64,000 nucleotides of DNA, taken from Candidatus Altimarinota bacterium (GTDB lineage Bacteria; Patescibacteriota; Gracilibacteria; 1-14-2-50-48-13). Below are positions 30,052 through 39,075 of the stretch, in pieces. The notes beneath the pieces were generated by a model. It was not told the origin of the DNA, made no database searches, and saw only the letters and a program-made list of their open reading frames with translations. The stretch lies in NCBI GenBank assembly GCA_046314355.1, contig JBKBWQ010000001.1, forward strand, positions 64,001 through 128,000, given 5' to 3'. Position 1 is the first letter of the stretch, and every line of letters begins with the position of its first letter. The position numbers and the translations under genes were made by a program.

Positions 30052-30969
30052 ATGGATAGATCAAAATATAACCCTCTCACGGAAGAAGAAAGATATATTA
30101 TAGAAGATAAAGGAACAGAAGCTCCATATAGCGGTGAATACGAAGAATTTTTTCAGCAGGGAACTTATATTTGTAAAAGGTGTAATACGCCTCTCTACCG
30201 GTCAAAGGATAAGTTTAAAAGCGGATGCGGATGGCCGAGTTTCGATGATTCCATTTCAGGACGCGTTACTGAAACAACGGATGCCGATGGGAGAAGAACT
30301 GAAATTACATGTACCACATGCGGGGCACATTTAGGACATGTATTTAAAGGAGAAGGTTTTACAGAAAAAGATACAAGACACTGCGTAAATTCTCTTTCCA
30401 TGAAATTTATTCCTGAGAAATTAAACGATGCTGAAGAAGAAACTGCAACATTGGGAGGAGGATGTTTTTGGTGTGTTGAAGGCACACTTAGTCTTTTAAA
30501 AGGAGTGTTGAAAGTAGAATCTGGATATAGCGGAGGCAAAAGAGAGAATCCAAGCTATGATCAGGTTTCAACCGGTGCTACTGGACATGTCGAAGTTGCA
30601 CAAGTCACTTTCGATCCGCGCATAATAAATTTTAGACAATTACTTGAAGTGTTTTTTACAATTCATGATCCTACAACTTTAGATAGACAGGGAAATGACA
30701 TAGGAACTCAATATGCATCTGCTATTTTTTATCATTCGTCTGAACAGAAAGAAACTGCTCTGGAAGTCATACAAGAACTCAACGATCAGGATATTTGGGT
30801 TGCTCCTATTGTTACAAAGGTACTGCCTCTTGAAAAATTCTGGAAAGCAGAAGAATATCACCAAGAGTATTTCAAAAATAATGCTTCACAGCCATACTGT
30901 AAAATTGTCATTGACCCGAAGGTGAAAAAACTAAGAGAGAAATGGAAGGACTGGTTGAAAGATAGTTAA
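30052..30969 (+). CDS. msrAB: Bifunctional methionine sulfoxide reductase MsrB-MsrA fusion
   Basis: MsrB: GTE, CxxC, GCGWPSF, HLGHVF, RHCVNS; MsrA: GGCFWC, GYSGG, GHVE, HDPT, AEEYHQ, YC. Confidence 0.96.
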   Translation: MDRSKYNPLTEEERYIIEDKGTEAPYSGEYEEFFQQGTYICKRCNTPLYRSKDKFKSGCGWPSFDDSISGRVTETTDADGRRTEITCTTCGAHLGHVFKGEGFTEKDTRHCVNSLSMKFIPEKLNDAEEETATLGGGCFWCVEGTLSLLKGVLKVESGYSGGKRENPSYDQVSTGATGHVEVAQVTFDPRIINFRQLLEVFFTIHDPTTLDRQGNDIGTQYASAIFYHSSEQKETALEVIQELNDQDIWVAPIVTKVLPLEKFWKAEEYHQEYFKNNASQPYCKIVIDPKVKKLREKWKDWLKDS

Positions 30970-31169
30970 AAGAATTTAGCTCTAGTTCCGAAAATATAGA
31001 GATAATACCTTCTATAAATGTATATTGGAGTTGAGAAGCGACAGAATGGTACTGATATTTTTAAGCAACTGCTCTCAAAATTTAAAAGTCTCTAGTTATA
31101 TCTTTGTCAGTTATTGTCTTAAGTTTTTGAAGTGCTATACTACTGATATATTCTTTCACAGTTAGCGTT

Positions 31170-31706
31170 ATGAATAACTTACAAAAGACTGCTGCTTCGT
31201 TTGCTGCACTCATGCTTTTGACTGCATGCGGTACAGTAGAAAATGCTAACCAAAATGTTCTTCAAGTAGAAACAAGTACAGGTACTACTCTCAATGAAAA
31301 TAGTATGGATCTTGTGAATGCAAATACAAATAGTAATGTGAACTTAAATCTTAATACAAATATAGCTGTACCCGTACAGTCTGAGTATGTCAGGAATCTT
31401 TCATTAGTACAGAATCAGACAGTGGAAAGTCCTTTGGTAATAAGCGGTGAAGTAAAGGGATGGTATTTTGAAGGATCTTTTCCAATAGAGATTCAAGATG
31501 CAAACGGAAAAGTACTTGCAATTGTACCTGCACAAGCAAAAGGTGAGTGGATGACTGAGAACTTTGTGCCGTTCAGTGCTTCACTAAATTTCTCAGCACC
31601 GACAACTGCTACAGGAAATGTTGTACTCAGAAAAGACAATCCGTCAGGACTTCCTGAAAACGATATGTCCTATACTGTTCCTGTAAAATTTGTAGGAGCA
31701 CAGTAA
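31170..31706 (+). CDS. Lipoprotein with Gmad2-type Ig-like domain
   Basis: Lipobox LLTAC; SPLVISG..WYFEGSFP, EWMTENFVPF, KDNPSGLPEN. Confidence 0.85.
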   Translation: MNNLQKTAASFAALMLLTACGTVENANQNVLQVETSTGTTLNENSMDLVNANTNSNVNLNLNTNIAVPVQSEYVRNLSLVQNQTVESPLVISGEVKGWYFEGSFPIEIQDANGKVLAIVPAQAKGEWMTENFVPFSASLNFSAPTTATGNVVLRKDNPSGLPENDMSYTVPVKFVGAQ

Positions 31707-31717
31707 TATGAAATTAT

Positions 31718-31752
31718 AAAAAAAGAGGAGTCTTATGAGACTCCTCTTTTTT
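31718..31752. terminator. Bidirectional intrinsic terminator
   Basis: AAAAGAGGAGTCT / AGACTCCTCTTTT. Confidence 0.88.
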
Positions 31753-31755
31753 GTT

Positions 31756-32064
31756 TTACTGCGTAATCATCATGCTTCCTGATCCGTTCATTTTGTCCTG
31801 CATCTTGATGTATTTTACATCCTTAGCTCCCCGCATTTGAAGCCCCTTCTCCTTTGGATTTGCATCAATGTCCTTCATCATATGGACTCTCATAAAAGTA
31901 CCTGCTGCCGCTCCTAGAAGACCTAAGATAAGGAGAGTAATAATAAGTCTGAGCTGTGTTTTCTTGTCAGAATACTTGAAGCACCAGACGAAGAGAAGGA
32001 TCAGTCCGCTGACAAGCAGAAACGTTGATAATGGGAAGAGGATCATAGCGGGAGAATGCATCAT
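31756..32064 (-). CDS. Hypothetical two-TM membrane protein
   Basis: Two hydrophobic helices and Met-rich tail; flanked by terminator. Confidence 0.7.
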   Translation of the reverse strand: MMHSPAMILFPLSTFLLVSGLILLFVWCFKYSDKKTQLRLIITLLILGLLGAAAGTFMRVHMMKDIDANPKEKGLQMRGAKDVKYIKMQDKMNGSGSMMITQ

Positions 32065-32147
32065 AGAGTAATGGAAAAATATATTGTAAAAAGTATAGCA
32101 TATTTCAGAGAGAACAAAATATACTTTATTGAAGCTTGATTTTTTAT

Positions 32148-32162
32148 TTATAATAATTATTA
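32148..32162 (+). promoter_or_regulatory. Per-box-like operator upstream of PerR/Fur gene
   Basis: TTATAATAATTATTA, one mismatch to Per-box consensus TTATAATnATTATAA; second inverted repeat AATAAG-N5-CTTATT at 32165-32181. Confidence 0.6.
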
Positions 32163-32189
32163 TTAATAAGGATTTCTTATTGTTACTTT

Positions 32190-32600
32190 ATGATTTGTCA
32201 GACTGGCAGCTGCTCCATCTCCTTTGAGAAGAAAATGAAAGAGAGAGGAATGCGTATTACTCCTCAGAAGCGTGCTATTTATGAGACGCTTTGCGAGAGT
32301 AAAATGCATCCGACTGCAGAGGAACTTTATGACACGGTGCATAAAATATTTCCAAATATGTCCTTTGCTACCGTGTACGATAATCTCCGAAAGTTTGTCG
32401 CTACAGGTGTATGCAGAGAGGTATATTTCCAGGATGGGACTGCCCGTTTTGATGCAAATGCTGAAGAGCATCATCATATTCTTGATAAGGATGGGCGTAT
32501 TTATGATGTATGTCTGCCTGAAAATACAGATATACCGCTGCCGTCAGGGATGGATCGCAATGACATTAAAGAAATACGAATTACATACGTAACCAAATAA
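32190..32600 (+). CDS. Fur/PerR family transcriptional repressor
   Basis: RITPQKRAIY, HPTAEELY, SFATVY, RFDAN..HHH; heads a peroxide-defence operon. Confidence 0.9.
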   Translation: MICQTGSCSISFEKKMKERGMRITPQKRAIYETLCESKMHPTAEELYDTVHKIFPNMSFATVYDNLRKFVATGVCREVYFQDGTARFDANAEEHHHILDKDGRIYDVCLPENTDIPLPSGMDRNDIKEIRITYVTK

Positions 32601-32604
32601 CACT

Positions 32605-33339
32605 ATGTTGAAGAACAAAGAAGGTGAGAAAGTACCTCAGGTAACTTTCAAAAACAGAGTTGAAGGAAAATGGGTTGATATGACCACTGATGATATTTTT
32701 AAAGGAAAAACAGTAGTTGTTTTCTCTCTCCCGGGAGCGTTTACACCGACATGTTCTACTTCACATGTACCTAGATATAACGAGCTTGCAGAGACTCTAA
32801 AAGCTAATGGAGTTGATGAGGTAGTCTGTATCTCAGTAAATGATGCGTTTGTCATGAACGAATGGCAGAATGATCAGAAAGCTGAGAATATTACGTTCCT
32901 ACCAGATGGTAACGGAGAGTTCACTGATGGTATGGGAATGCTTGTAAATAAAGAAGATCTCGGGTTTGGAAAGAGATCTTGGAGATATTCCATGCTTGTA
33001 AAAGATGGAACAGTGGAGAAAATGTTTATTGAGCCGGATGAGCCGGGAGATCCGTTCAAAGTGTCAGATGCTGATACTATGCTGGATTATATCGCTCCAG
33101 GGACAAAGCGACCTGAGTCTATAGTGATGTTTGGAAAAGAGGGATGTCCTTATTGCGCACATGCAAAAGAGCTTTTTGATAAGAAAGGACTCAAATATAC
33201 TGAAGTACTTGTAGGGAAAGATGTTCCGACTCGAATTCTTTTTGCACTTTCTGGAAAAGCTACTACTCCTCAGATCTTTATCAGCGGAAAATATATCGGC
33301 GGAGCTGACGAACTAGAGACATATCTCAAATCTAACTAA
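32605..33339 (+). CDS. Hybrid peroxiredoxin-glutaredoxin (Prx5/Grx, PgdX-like)
   Basis: SLPGAFTPTCS, SVNDAFVM, GKRSWRYSM plus C-terminal CPYC..TTPQIFI..IGG. Confidence 0.95.
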   Translation: MLKNKEGEKVPQVTFKNRVEGKWVDMTTDDIFKGKTVVVFSLPGAFTPTCSTSHVPRYNELAETLKANGVDEVVCISVNDAFVMNEWQNDQKAENITFLPDGNGEFTDGMGMLVNKEDLGFGKRSWRYSMLVKDGTVEKMFIEPDEPGDPFKVSDADTMLDYIAPGTKRPESIVMFGKEGCPYCAHAKELFDKKGLKYTEVLVGKDVPTRILFALSGKATTPQIFISGKYIGGADELETYLKSN

Positions 33340-33340
33340 T

Positions 33341-34726
33341 ATGCAGCAATTTGATCTTATTATTATCGGATCAGGCGGAGGGACAAAAATGCGTCCCGCC
33401 GCCCTTCTTGGTAAAAAGGTAGCAATCATTGAAAAAGATAAGCTTGGAGGTACATGTCTCAATAGAGGATGTATTCCTAGTAAAATGCTTATCTATCCTT
33501 CAGAAGTACTGAAGCATGCGTACGATATGAAGAAATATGGTATCGATGCAGAAGTATCTTTTTCAGTGCGTTGGGATGATCTCGTGGGGCGTACTTCCCG
33601 GACTGTAGATGCGGATTCTGCTGCTATTGAAAGAGGATATGCTTCCAATCCAAATATTACTTTCTTCCATGGTCGAGCGAGATTCGTAGATCATAAAGTG
33701 ATTGAGATCAATGGCGAGCAGATCACTGCAGAGAGTATATATGTTGCTACAGGTTCCCGCCCTCAGACTCCGGATCTGCCTGGACTTGAAGGAACACCAT
33801 ATTGGACAAGCACTGAAGCACTTAGATCTGAATCACAGCCTGAGTCCATGATTGTTCTTGGTGGAGGATATATCGCTATGGAGCTTGGAGTGTTCTATGA
33901 AAATATGGGTACGAAAGTAACTTATATTGCTCGTTCAGGATTGCTTTCTGCTGAGGATAAAGACGTAAGACATTTCTTTGAAGAACATTTTTCGAAAAAT
34001 CATAATGCTCTGCTTTTTACTCAGGTCATAGATATAAAATATGAAAATAATCTTTTTATATTGAGAGTAAAAGATCGATTGGGAAATCAGCAGATACTTC
34101 AGGGAGAAAAGCTTCTCGTTGCAACAGGGGTTCGTCCGAATACAGATGATATGGGTATCGAAAAGACAAACATAACATTGGATGAAAAAGGATATATTAA
34201 GGTAAATGAGTATATGGAAACAGCAGAGCCAGGTGTATATGCGCTTGGTGACGTTATTGGAAAATATTTATTCAGACATAGTGTAAACTTTGAAGGAGAG
34301 TATCTCTTTGCTCAGCATTTTGAGAATCAGGAAAAGACACCTATCAAATATCCTCCAATGCCTCATGCTGTATTTACTTCTCCACAGATAGCTGGAGTAG
34401 GACTTACGGAGGATGAAGTCATGTTTAAAGGAATGTGGGAAGGAGATGATTATATTGCAGTTGTCCAGGAATATAAGAGCAGTGCTATGGGAATGGCAAT
34501 GATGCCTGAGATAGGTTTTGTAAAATTGATCGTAGACGTAAAATCAAAGACTTTGCTTGGTGCTCATATTATGGGAGACAAGGCAAGTGATATGATTCAT
34601 ATGCTGATTTTAGGAATGACGATGAATGCGAAAATAGAGGATTATTTAAAGATGATTTATATCCACCCTGCGCTTTCTGAGGTGGTGAAGAATGCGTTTA
34701 GAAAAGTGAAAGAGAAGATGAAGTAA
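33341..34726 (+). CDS. Class I pyridine nucleotide-disulfide oxidoreductase (dihydrolipoyl dehydrogenase/mycothione reductase-like)
   Basis: IIGSGGG, GGTCLNRGCIPSK redox disulfide, GGGYIAME, YALGD, YIHPALSE. Confidence 0.9.
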   Translation: MQQFDLIIIGSGGGTKMRPAALLGKKVAIIEKDKLGGTCLNRGCIPSKMLIYPSEVLKHAYDMKKYGIDAEVSFSVRWDDLVGRTSRTVDADSAAIERGYASNPNITFFHGRARFVDHKVIEINGEQITAESIYVATGSRPQTPDLPGLEGTPYWTSTEALRSESQPESMIVLGGGYIAMELGVFYENMGTKVTYIARSGLLSAEDKDVRHFFEEHFSKNHNALLFTQVIDIKYENNLFILRVKDRLGNQQILQGEKLLVATGVRPNTDDMGIEKTNITLDEKGYIKVNEYMETAEPGVYALGDVIGKYLFRHSVNFEGEYLFAQHFENQEKTPIKYPPMPHAVFTSPQIAGVGLTEDEVMFKGMWEGDDYIAVVQEYKSSAMGMAMMPEIGFVKLIVDVKSKTLLGAHIMGDKASDMIHMLILGMTMNAKIEDYLKMIYIHPALSEVVKNAFRKVKEKMK

Positions 34727-34759
34727 ATAAAAAAGCCCTGTAACTCAGGGCTTTTTTAT
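34727..34759. terminator. Bidirectional intrinsic terminator
   Basis: AAAAAAGCCCTG-TAACT-CAGGGCTTTTTT. Confidence 0.88.
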
Positions 34760-35434
34760 TTACTCTAAAATCTTAATCGTCTGATGATCTATCCAGCCTG
34801 GATCCTGACCTAGCTCCATAAAAATGAAGTTTTGTTTATCCTCCTGGAACTCAAAATACCGTGCGCCATTGATAAGTCCGTATTTACTACAGTGTTCCAC
34901 TGCCATTTCGTCATTTTTCGTTACGTCTGATTTAGGGATAAATTCATAACGCCTGAGGTTAGGATCCTCCGTTTTGCTATAGTATGCGTTGGTAGCGATC
35001 ATACAGTTACCTTGTTCTTCAGTGGTGAGTTTACTAAAATATAATCTTTTGAGAGCATCAGTGTCAGTTTCATTTGGAAGTTTCTTCCCGACTTCCATGA
35101 ATGTAGTATCACCAGAAGTAAGTGTATTGCCCTTTTCTACAAACTTATAATTGAAATTCTGGTATAGGAATGTAACAGGGAGACGGTCACTATTATACTG
35201 TTCCCATGAATATCCTTCTTCAGCTGGATGAGAAGCAGTAATAACTGTAGGGGAGCGCTTACTCTGAATGGGATTTTGATTGCTGTTTGCGGGAAGACTA
35301 GTGTTTATATTAGTATTAGCTGTATTTATATTGCTTTGCACGATTGGGGCAGTATTCATATTACTGACAGATGTAGTACTCGAACATGCGGTGAAGAAAA
35401 AAAGTGCAGGCAGGATGAGAAATGCTTTTTTCAT
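34760..35434 (-). CDS. Hypothetical lipoprotein with Asn-rich linker
   Basis: MKKAFLILPALFFFTAC lipobox; ATG at 35434. Confidence 0.78.
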   Translation of the reverse strand: MKKAFLILPALFFFTACSSTTSVSNMNTAPIVQSNINTANTNINTSLPANSNQNPIQSKRSPTVITASHPAEEGYSWEQYNSDRLPVTFLYQNFNYKFVEKGNTLTSGDTTFMEVGKKLPNETDTDALKRLYFSKLTTEEQGNCMIATNAYYSKTEDPNLRRYEFIPKSDVTKNDEMAVEHCSKYGLINGARYFEFQEDKQNFIFMELGQDPGWIDHQTIKILE

Positions 35435-35547
35435 GGAGGGTGTAAAAAGGTAATTTAAGATCAGTGTACCAGAGGGACTGCATTTAAACAAACAGTATCT
35501 ATTATCGAATTCTTTTATTTTTTCTCTCTAAGAGAGTCAGAAAATAT

Positions 35548-36699
35548 TTACTGTTTTAATGCTTCTTCGCTAATCGGCTTATTCTTTGGTAAAAACGAAT
35601 ACAAATAACACTGAATAGGTCCATTAAATAACTTTCTATTCTTATCCGCTCTTCTTCCAAATAACTCAGGGAAGTTATTGTCTGGAGTAATGAGAAAGAG
35701 AGAAGAATTTCTCGTCTCTTCAAATTTCTTGCCGAATTGCCTGTAGAGCATTTCTACATGCTTTTTCTCACTCAAACGCTCTCCATATGGAGGATTTGCG
35801 ATGAATGTTGCGTCCTGAAATTTTACATACATTAGATTATTAAAATCATTACATTCAAAATGTATGAATTCTGCGACCCCCGCACGTTCCGCATTAGCTT
35901 TTGCTATCGCAAGGGTCTCTTTGCTTAGGTCATATCCATGTATATTGAGATCAGGGAGATCTATAGCTGCATCCCGTGCTTCTTTGTAAGCAGCTGCAAT
36001 GTCCTCAGGATCTACCCATGTCCATTTTTGAAAAGGGAATTCTCTTCGAAGTCCTGGTGCGACATTCATCGCAATTAATGCAGCCTCAATTACTAAAGTC
36101 CCACTACCACAGAAGGGATCGATAAGTTTTTTATCTGGAGTCCAGTCCGTAAGAGTTACAAGCGCTGCGGCAAGTGTTTCTTTGATTGGAGCAAGATTAG
36201 CTTTTGATCGATATCCTCTTTTGTGTAGACTCTCTCCTGAGGAATCGATACTTACGAGGATATTATCTTTATTGATATGTACTCGTATTTGATAGGTTAC
36301 ATCCGAATCTTCTGTAAAAATAGATCGGTCGTAGTGTTGTTCAAGTCTTTTTACAATAGCTTTCTTGGTAATGCTCTGAATAGAGGGCTCTGAATGGAGT
36401 ACAGATTTTGCGCTGCTGGCAGCTACGGGAAATGCATCAAATTCTCCAATAAAATCCTCCCAAGGGAGATCTCTGATTGTGTCAAAAAGGGTATCAAAAT
36501 CTGTTGCTGAAAACTCATCCATCTTGATATGCACTCGTCCTGCTGTACGGAGCCAAAGGTTTGCGCGGATCATATCTTTTACCGTTCCTTCAAAAGTGAC
36601 TCGTCCATCCTCGGTTTTAAGAACCCAAAGACCAAGTTTCTTGATTTCGTTGAATACTAGTTTTTCTAGACCAAAGGCGCAGGTGGCTACGAGTTGCAT
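35548..36699 (-). CDS. THUMP-domain rRNA methyltransferase (RlmL/YpsC family)
   Basis: ATCAFGLE, ANLWLRTA, SLHKRGYR, APIKETLAAA, DPFCGSGT, NPPYGERL; ATG at 36699. Confidence 0.93.
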   Translation of the reverse strand: MQLVATCAFGLEKLVFNEIKKLGLWVLKTEDGRVTFEGTVKDMIRANLWLRTAGRVHIKMDEFSATDFDTLFDTIRDLPWEDFIGEFDAFPVAASSAKSVLHSEPSIQSITKKAIVKRLEQHYDRSIFTEDSDVTYQIRVHINKDNILVSIDSSGESLHKRGYRSKANLAPIKETLAAALVTLTDWTPDKKLIDPFCGSGTLVIEAALIAMNVAPGLRREFPFQKWTWVDPEDIAAAYKEARDAAIDLPDLNIHGYDLSKETLAIAKANAERAGVAEFIHFECNDFNNLMYVKFQDATFIANPPYGERLSEKKHVEMLYRQFGKKFEETRNSSLFLITPDNNFPELFGRRADKNRKLFNGPIQCYLYSFLPKNKPISEEALKQ

Positions 36700-36728
36700 G
36701 GTGAAGTATAAGTAAGAGGTTGAAAGTA

Positions 36729-37868
36729 TTATACGGAGACCTTCCATACTTCATAAGCTACATAGACTATGTAACAACTCATGAGGAATAGACTCGCAAT
36801 CTTTGTGATCTTAAATTTTTGAGCAAAGAGTAGGGCGATAAGAGCAAGTGAGGATGCAAAGAGGAGGATAGTGGATGCCTCCACATTGGGATTCTTAACG
36901 TAGAGTGCTGTCCCAGTGAACAATGTTCCTATAAGGTACGTGATACCTAGGTTTCCAAGAATATCAAAAATATTGCTTCCAACTGCATTGGCAATAGCAG
37001 TATCACCGTATCCTTCCTTAGCAGTCTTGACGCTTGCAAGTAGGTCAGGAATAGATGTGCCTGCCGCGAGGATCGTAAGCCCAACCACTGCTTCTGGAAT
37101 TGCAAGTGTATTGGCTAAAAGTACTGCATACTCTACCATGAGTGTAGAGAAAAGAATAACTCCTATGATAGAGAGGAGAATGTTAAATATTATTTTCCAC
37201 CAAGAAAGCTCTTTATGAGGCATAAAGAAAAGATATGCAAAAAGTTTCGCGATAAAGTTGCTCTTAGACCAAGGGGCAATATCAATAGCAACTGCGTCAG
37301 CTAAGGACTGCTCTTCTTTGAGATCTAGCACTGCTTTCTCCTCTGTATACTCTTCTTCTAAAGTAGTCTTCTTTGACTTCTTATCAAGCCACAGCGCTAC
37401 TTTTTTCCATTGTGATACGATGAGTGTATAAATGACGTATGTGATGAGCATGATGATGGATTCCACCATTGAGACATATCCATCAAAAAGGAAGAGGTAT
37501 ACCAGTGCTACTGAGATCACATAAAAGAGCATATCACGCATTACTGAGTGCCAAGAGAGGACTTTTTTGCTATACCATGCTGATGCTCCTACTATAAATA
37601 GGATAGAGAAAAGTGCAGATCCAATGACTGTGCCTGCTGCTAGTGATACCACCTCCATATTTCCACTTCGAACAGCTATACTCAGGGAAATAATCGCAAC
37701 CGATAGTTCCGGTGCTGAGGAGACAAAGGATATGAGAGTTCCAGCCTGATCATCGGATAAGTGCAGACGTTCTTTGACAATATAGATGGCAGGTATCAGG
37801 AAATGATCTACCATGAGAGATAGACCGTAGAAGGTGATAAGGATAATGAGGAGATAGAGGGCAATCAT
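36729..37868 (-). CDS. Calcium/sodium antiporter (CaCA), NCKX-like
   Basis: alpha1 SSAPEL..GTVIGSALF; alpha2 GLTILAAGTSIPD..GSNIFDI. Confidence 0.88.
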   Translation of the reverse strand: MIALYLLIILITFYGLSLMVDHFLIPAIYIVKERLHLSDDQAGTLISFVSSAPELSVAIISLSIAVRSGNMEVVSLAAGTVIGSALFSILFIVGASAWYSKKVLSWHSVMRDMLFYVISVALVYLFLFDGYVSMVESIIMLITYVIYTLIVSQWKKVALWLDKKSKKTTLEEEYTEEKAVLDLKEEQSLADAVAIDIAPWSKSNFIAKLFAYLFFMPHKELSWWKIIFNILLSIIGVILFSTLMVEYAVLLANTLAIPEAVVGLTILAAGTSIPDLLASVKTAKEGYGDTAIANAVGSNIFDILGNLGITYLIGTLFTGTALYVKNPNVEASTILLFASSLALIALLFAQKFKITKIASLFLMSCYIVYVAYEVWKVSV

Positions 37869-38077
37869 GATTGTAAGGATTGAATATGTATGGATACATT
37901 TAGTGGTTTTCTCGCATATTAGTCAATAGCGAGTTTGATTCTGCCGCCCTTTTTTCACTGACAGAAAGTCATCAAACGGATAGCTATAGACATATATGAA
38001 ATCTCGGAAAGTATAAAATATTGTACTCCTCCCAGGGTATGATATCGTAAAATTATTATATTTTTCTTAACGCAACT

Positions 38078-39049
38078 ATGGAACAATATCTCGTATATCT
38101 ACTTTTTATCCTGGGATTTTACTTCTTGTTACAAGGAGGATCCTGGCTTGTGGACGGCGCGTCTTCTATAGCCAAGCGTTATAAAATATCCAATCTTGTT
38201 ATAGGACTCACTGTGGTGGCCTTTGGTACTTCTGCCCCGGAACTTGTGATAAGTCTTCTTGCTAGTTTTAACGGGAATACGGATATTGCCATAGGAAATA
38301 TCCTGGGTAGTAATATTGCAAATATTCTTCTTATTCTTGGTATAGCAGCTATTATCTATCCTCTGACAGTTCACAAAAATACGGTTTGGAAGGAAGTCCC
38401 ACTCTCTCTTCTTGCTGTTGTGGTGCTTGGATTTCTGGCAAATGATGTTTTAATTGATGGTGCATCTGCTTCTATACTTGCCCGTAGTGAGGGTATTGTC
38501 CTCATAGGATTCTTTATTATCTTTTTATATTATATGTTTGGGCTTGCACGGAGCTCACAAGACAGTGAGATTGCTGTGGAAGAAGTGAAACAGATGGGGA
38601 TGGGGAAGTCAGTGCTACTTATCTTGACTGGACTTATAGGACTTGTCTTAGGTGGACAATGGGTTGTGGATGGAGCAGTACACATAGCACGATTATTTAA
38701 TATTTCAGACGGACTGATTGCTCTGACTGTAATTGCAGTGGGTACTTCGTTACCTGAGCTTGCAACGTCTGCAATTGCGGCATATAAAAAAGAGACAGAT
38801 ATTGCGGTGGGAAATGTCGTAGGATCAAATATATTTAACGTTCTTTGGATCCTGGGACTTAATGCAACAATTATTCCACTTCCTTTTAATACAAATAGTA
38901 ATTTTGATATCTTAATGACAGTCTTTGCAAGTCTCTTGCTACTCGTATTTACTTTCCTAGGTAAAAAACGCGTTATTGGACGTCTAAAAGGTATAGTCTT
39001 TATTTTGATCTATATTGCCTATGTGACTTATCTCGTTCTTCGTGGCTAA
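38078..39049 (+). CDS. Calcium/sodium antiporter (YrbG family)
   Basis: GTSAPEL..GSNIANI and GTSLPEL..GSNIFNV alpha repeats. Confidence 0.93.
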   Translation: MEQYLVYLLFILGFYFLLQGGSWLVDGASSIAKRYKISNLVIGLTVVAFGTSAPELVISLLASFNGNTDIAIGNILGSNIANILLILGIAAIIYPLTVHKNTVWKEVPLSLLAVVVLGFLANDVLIDGASASILARSEGIVLIGFFIIFLYYMFGLARSSQDSEIAVEEVKQMGMGKSVLLILTGLIGLVLGGQWVVDGAVHIARLFNISDGLIALTVIAVGTSLPELATSAIAAYKKETDIAVGNVVGSNIFNVLWILGLNATIIPLPFNTNSNFDILMTVFASLLLLVFTFLGKKRVIGRLKGIVFILIYIAYVTYLVLRG

Positions 39050-39075
39050 GGTTGAAGTGAGTGACACCTGGAAAT

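Noticed and set aside
31018-31095. 25-codon ORF (MYIGVEKRQNG...) after msrB/A
   Set aside because: Too short, with no convincing homology
37990-38040. yybP-ykoY riboswitch upstream of the CaCA genes
   Set aside because: GAGGAGTA and CGAGA occur on the minus strand but are too close together, and the four-way junction cannot be built
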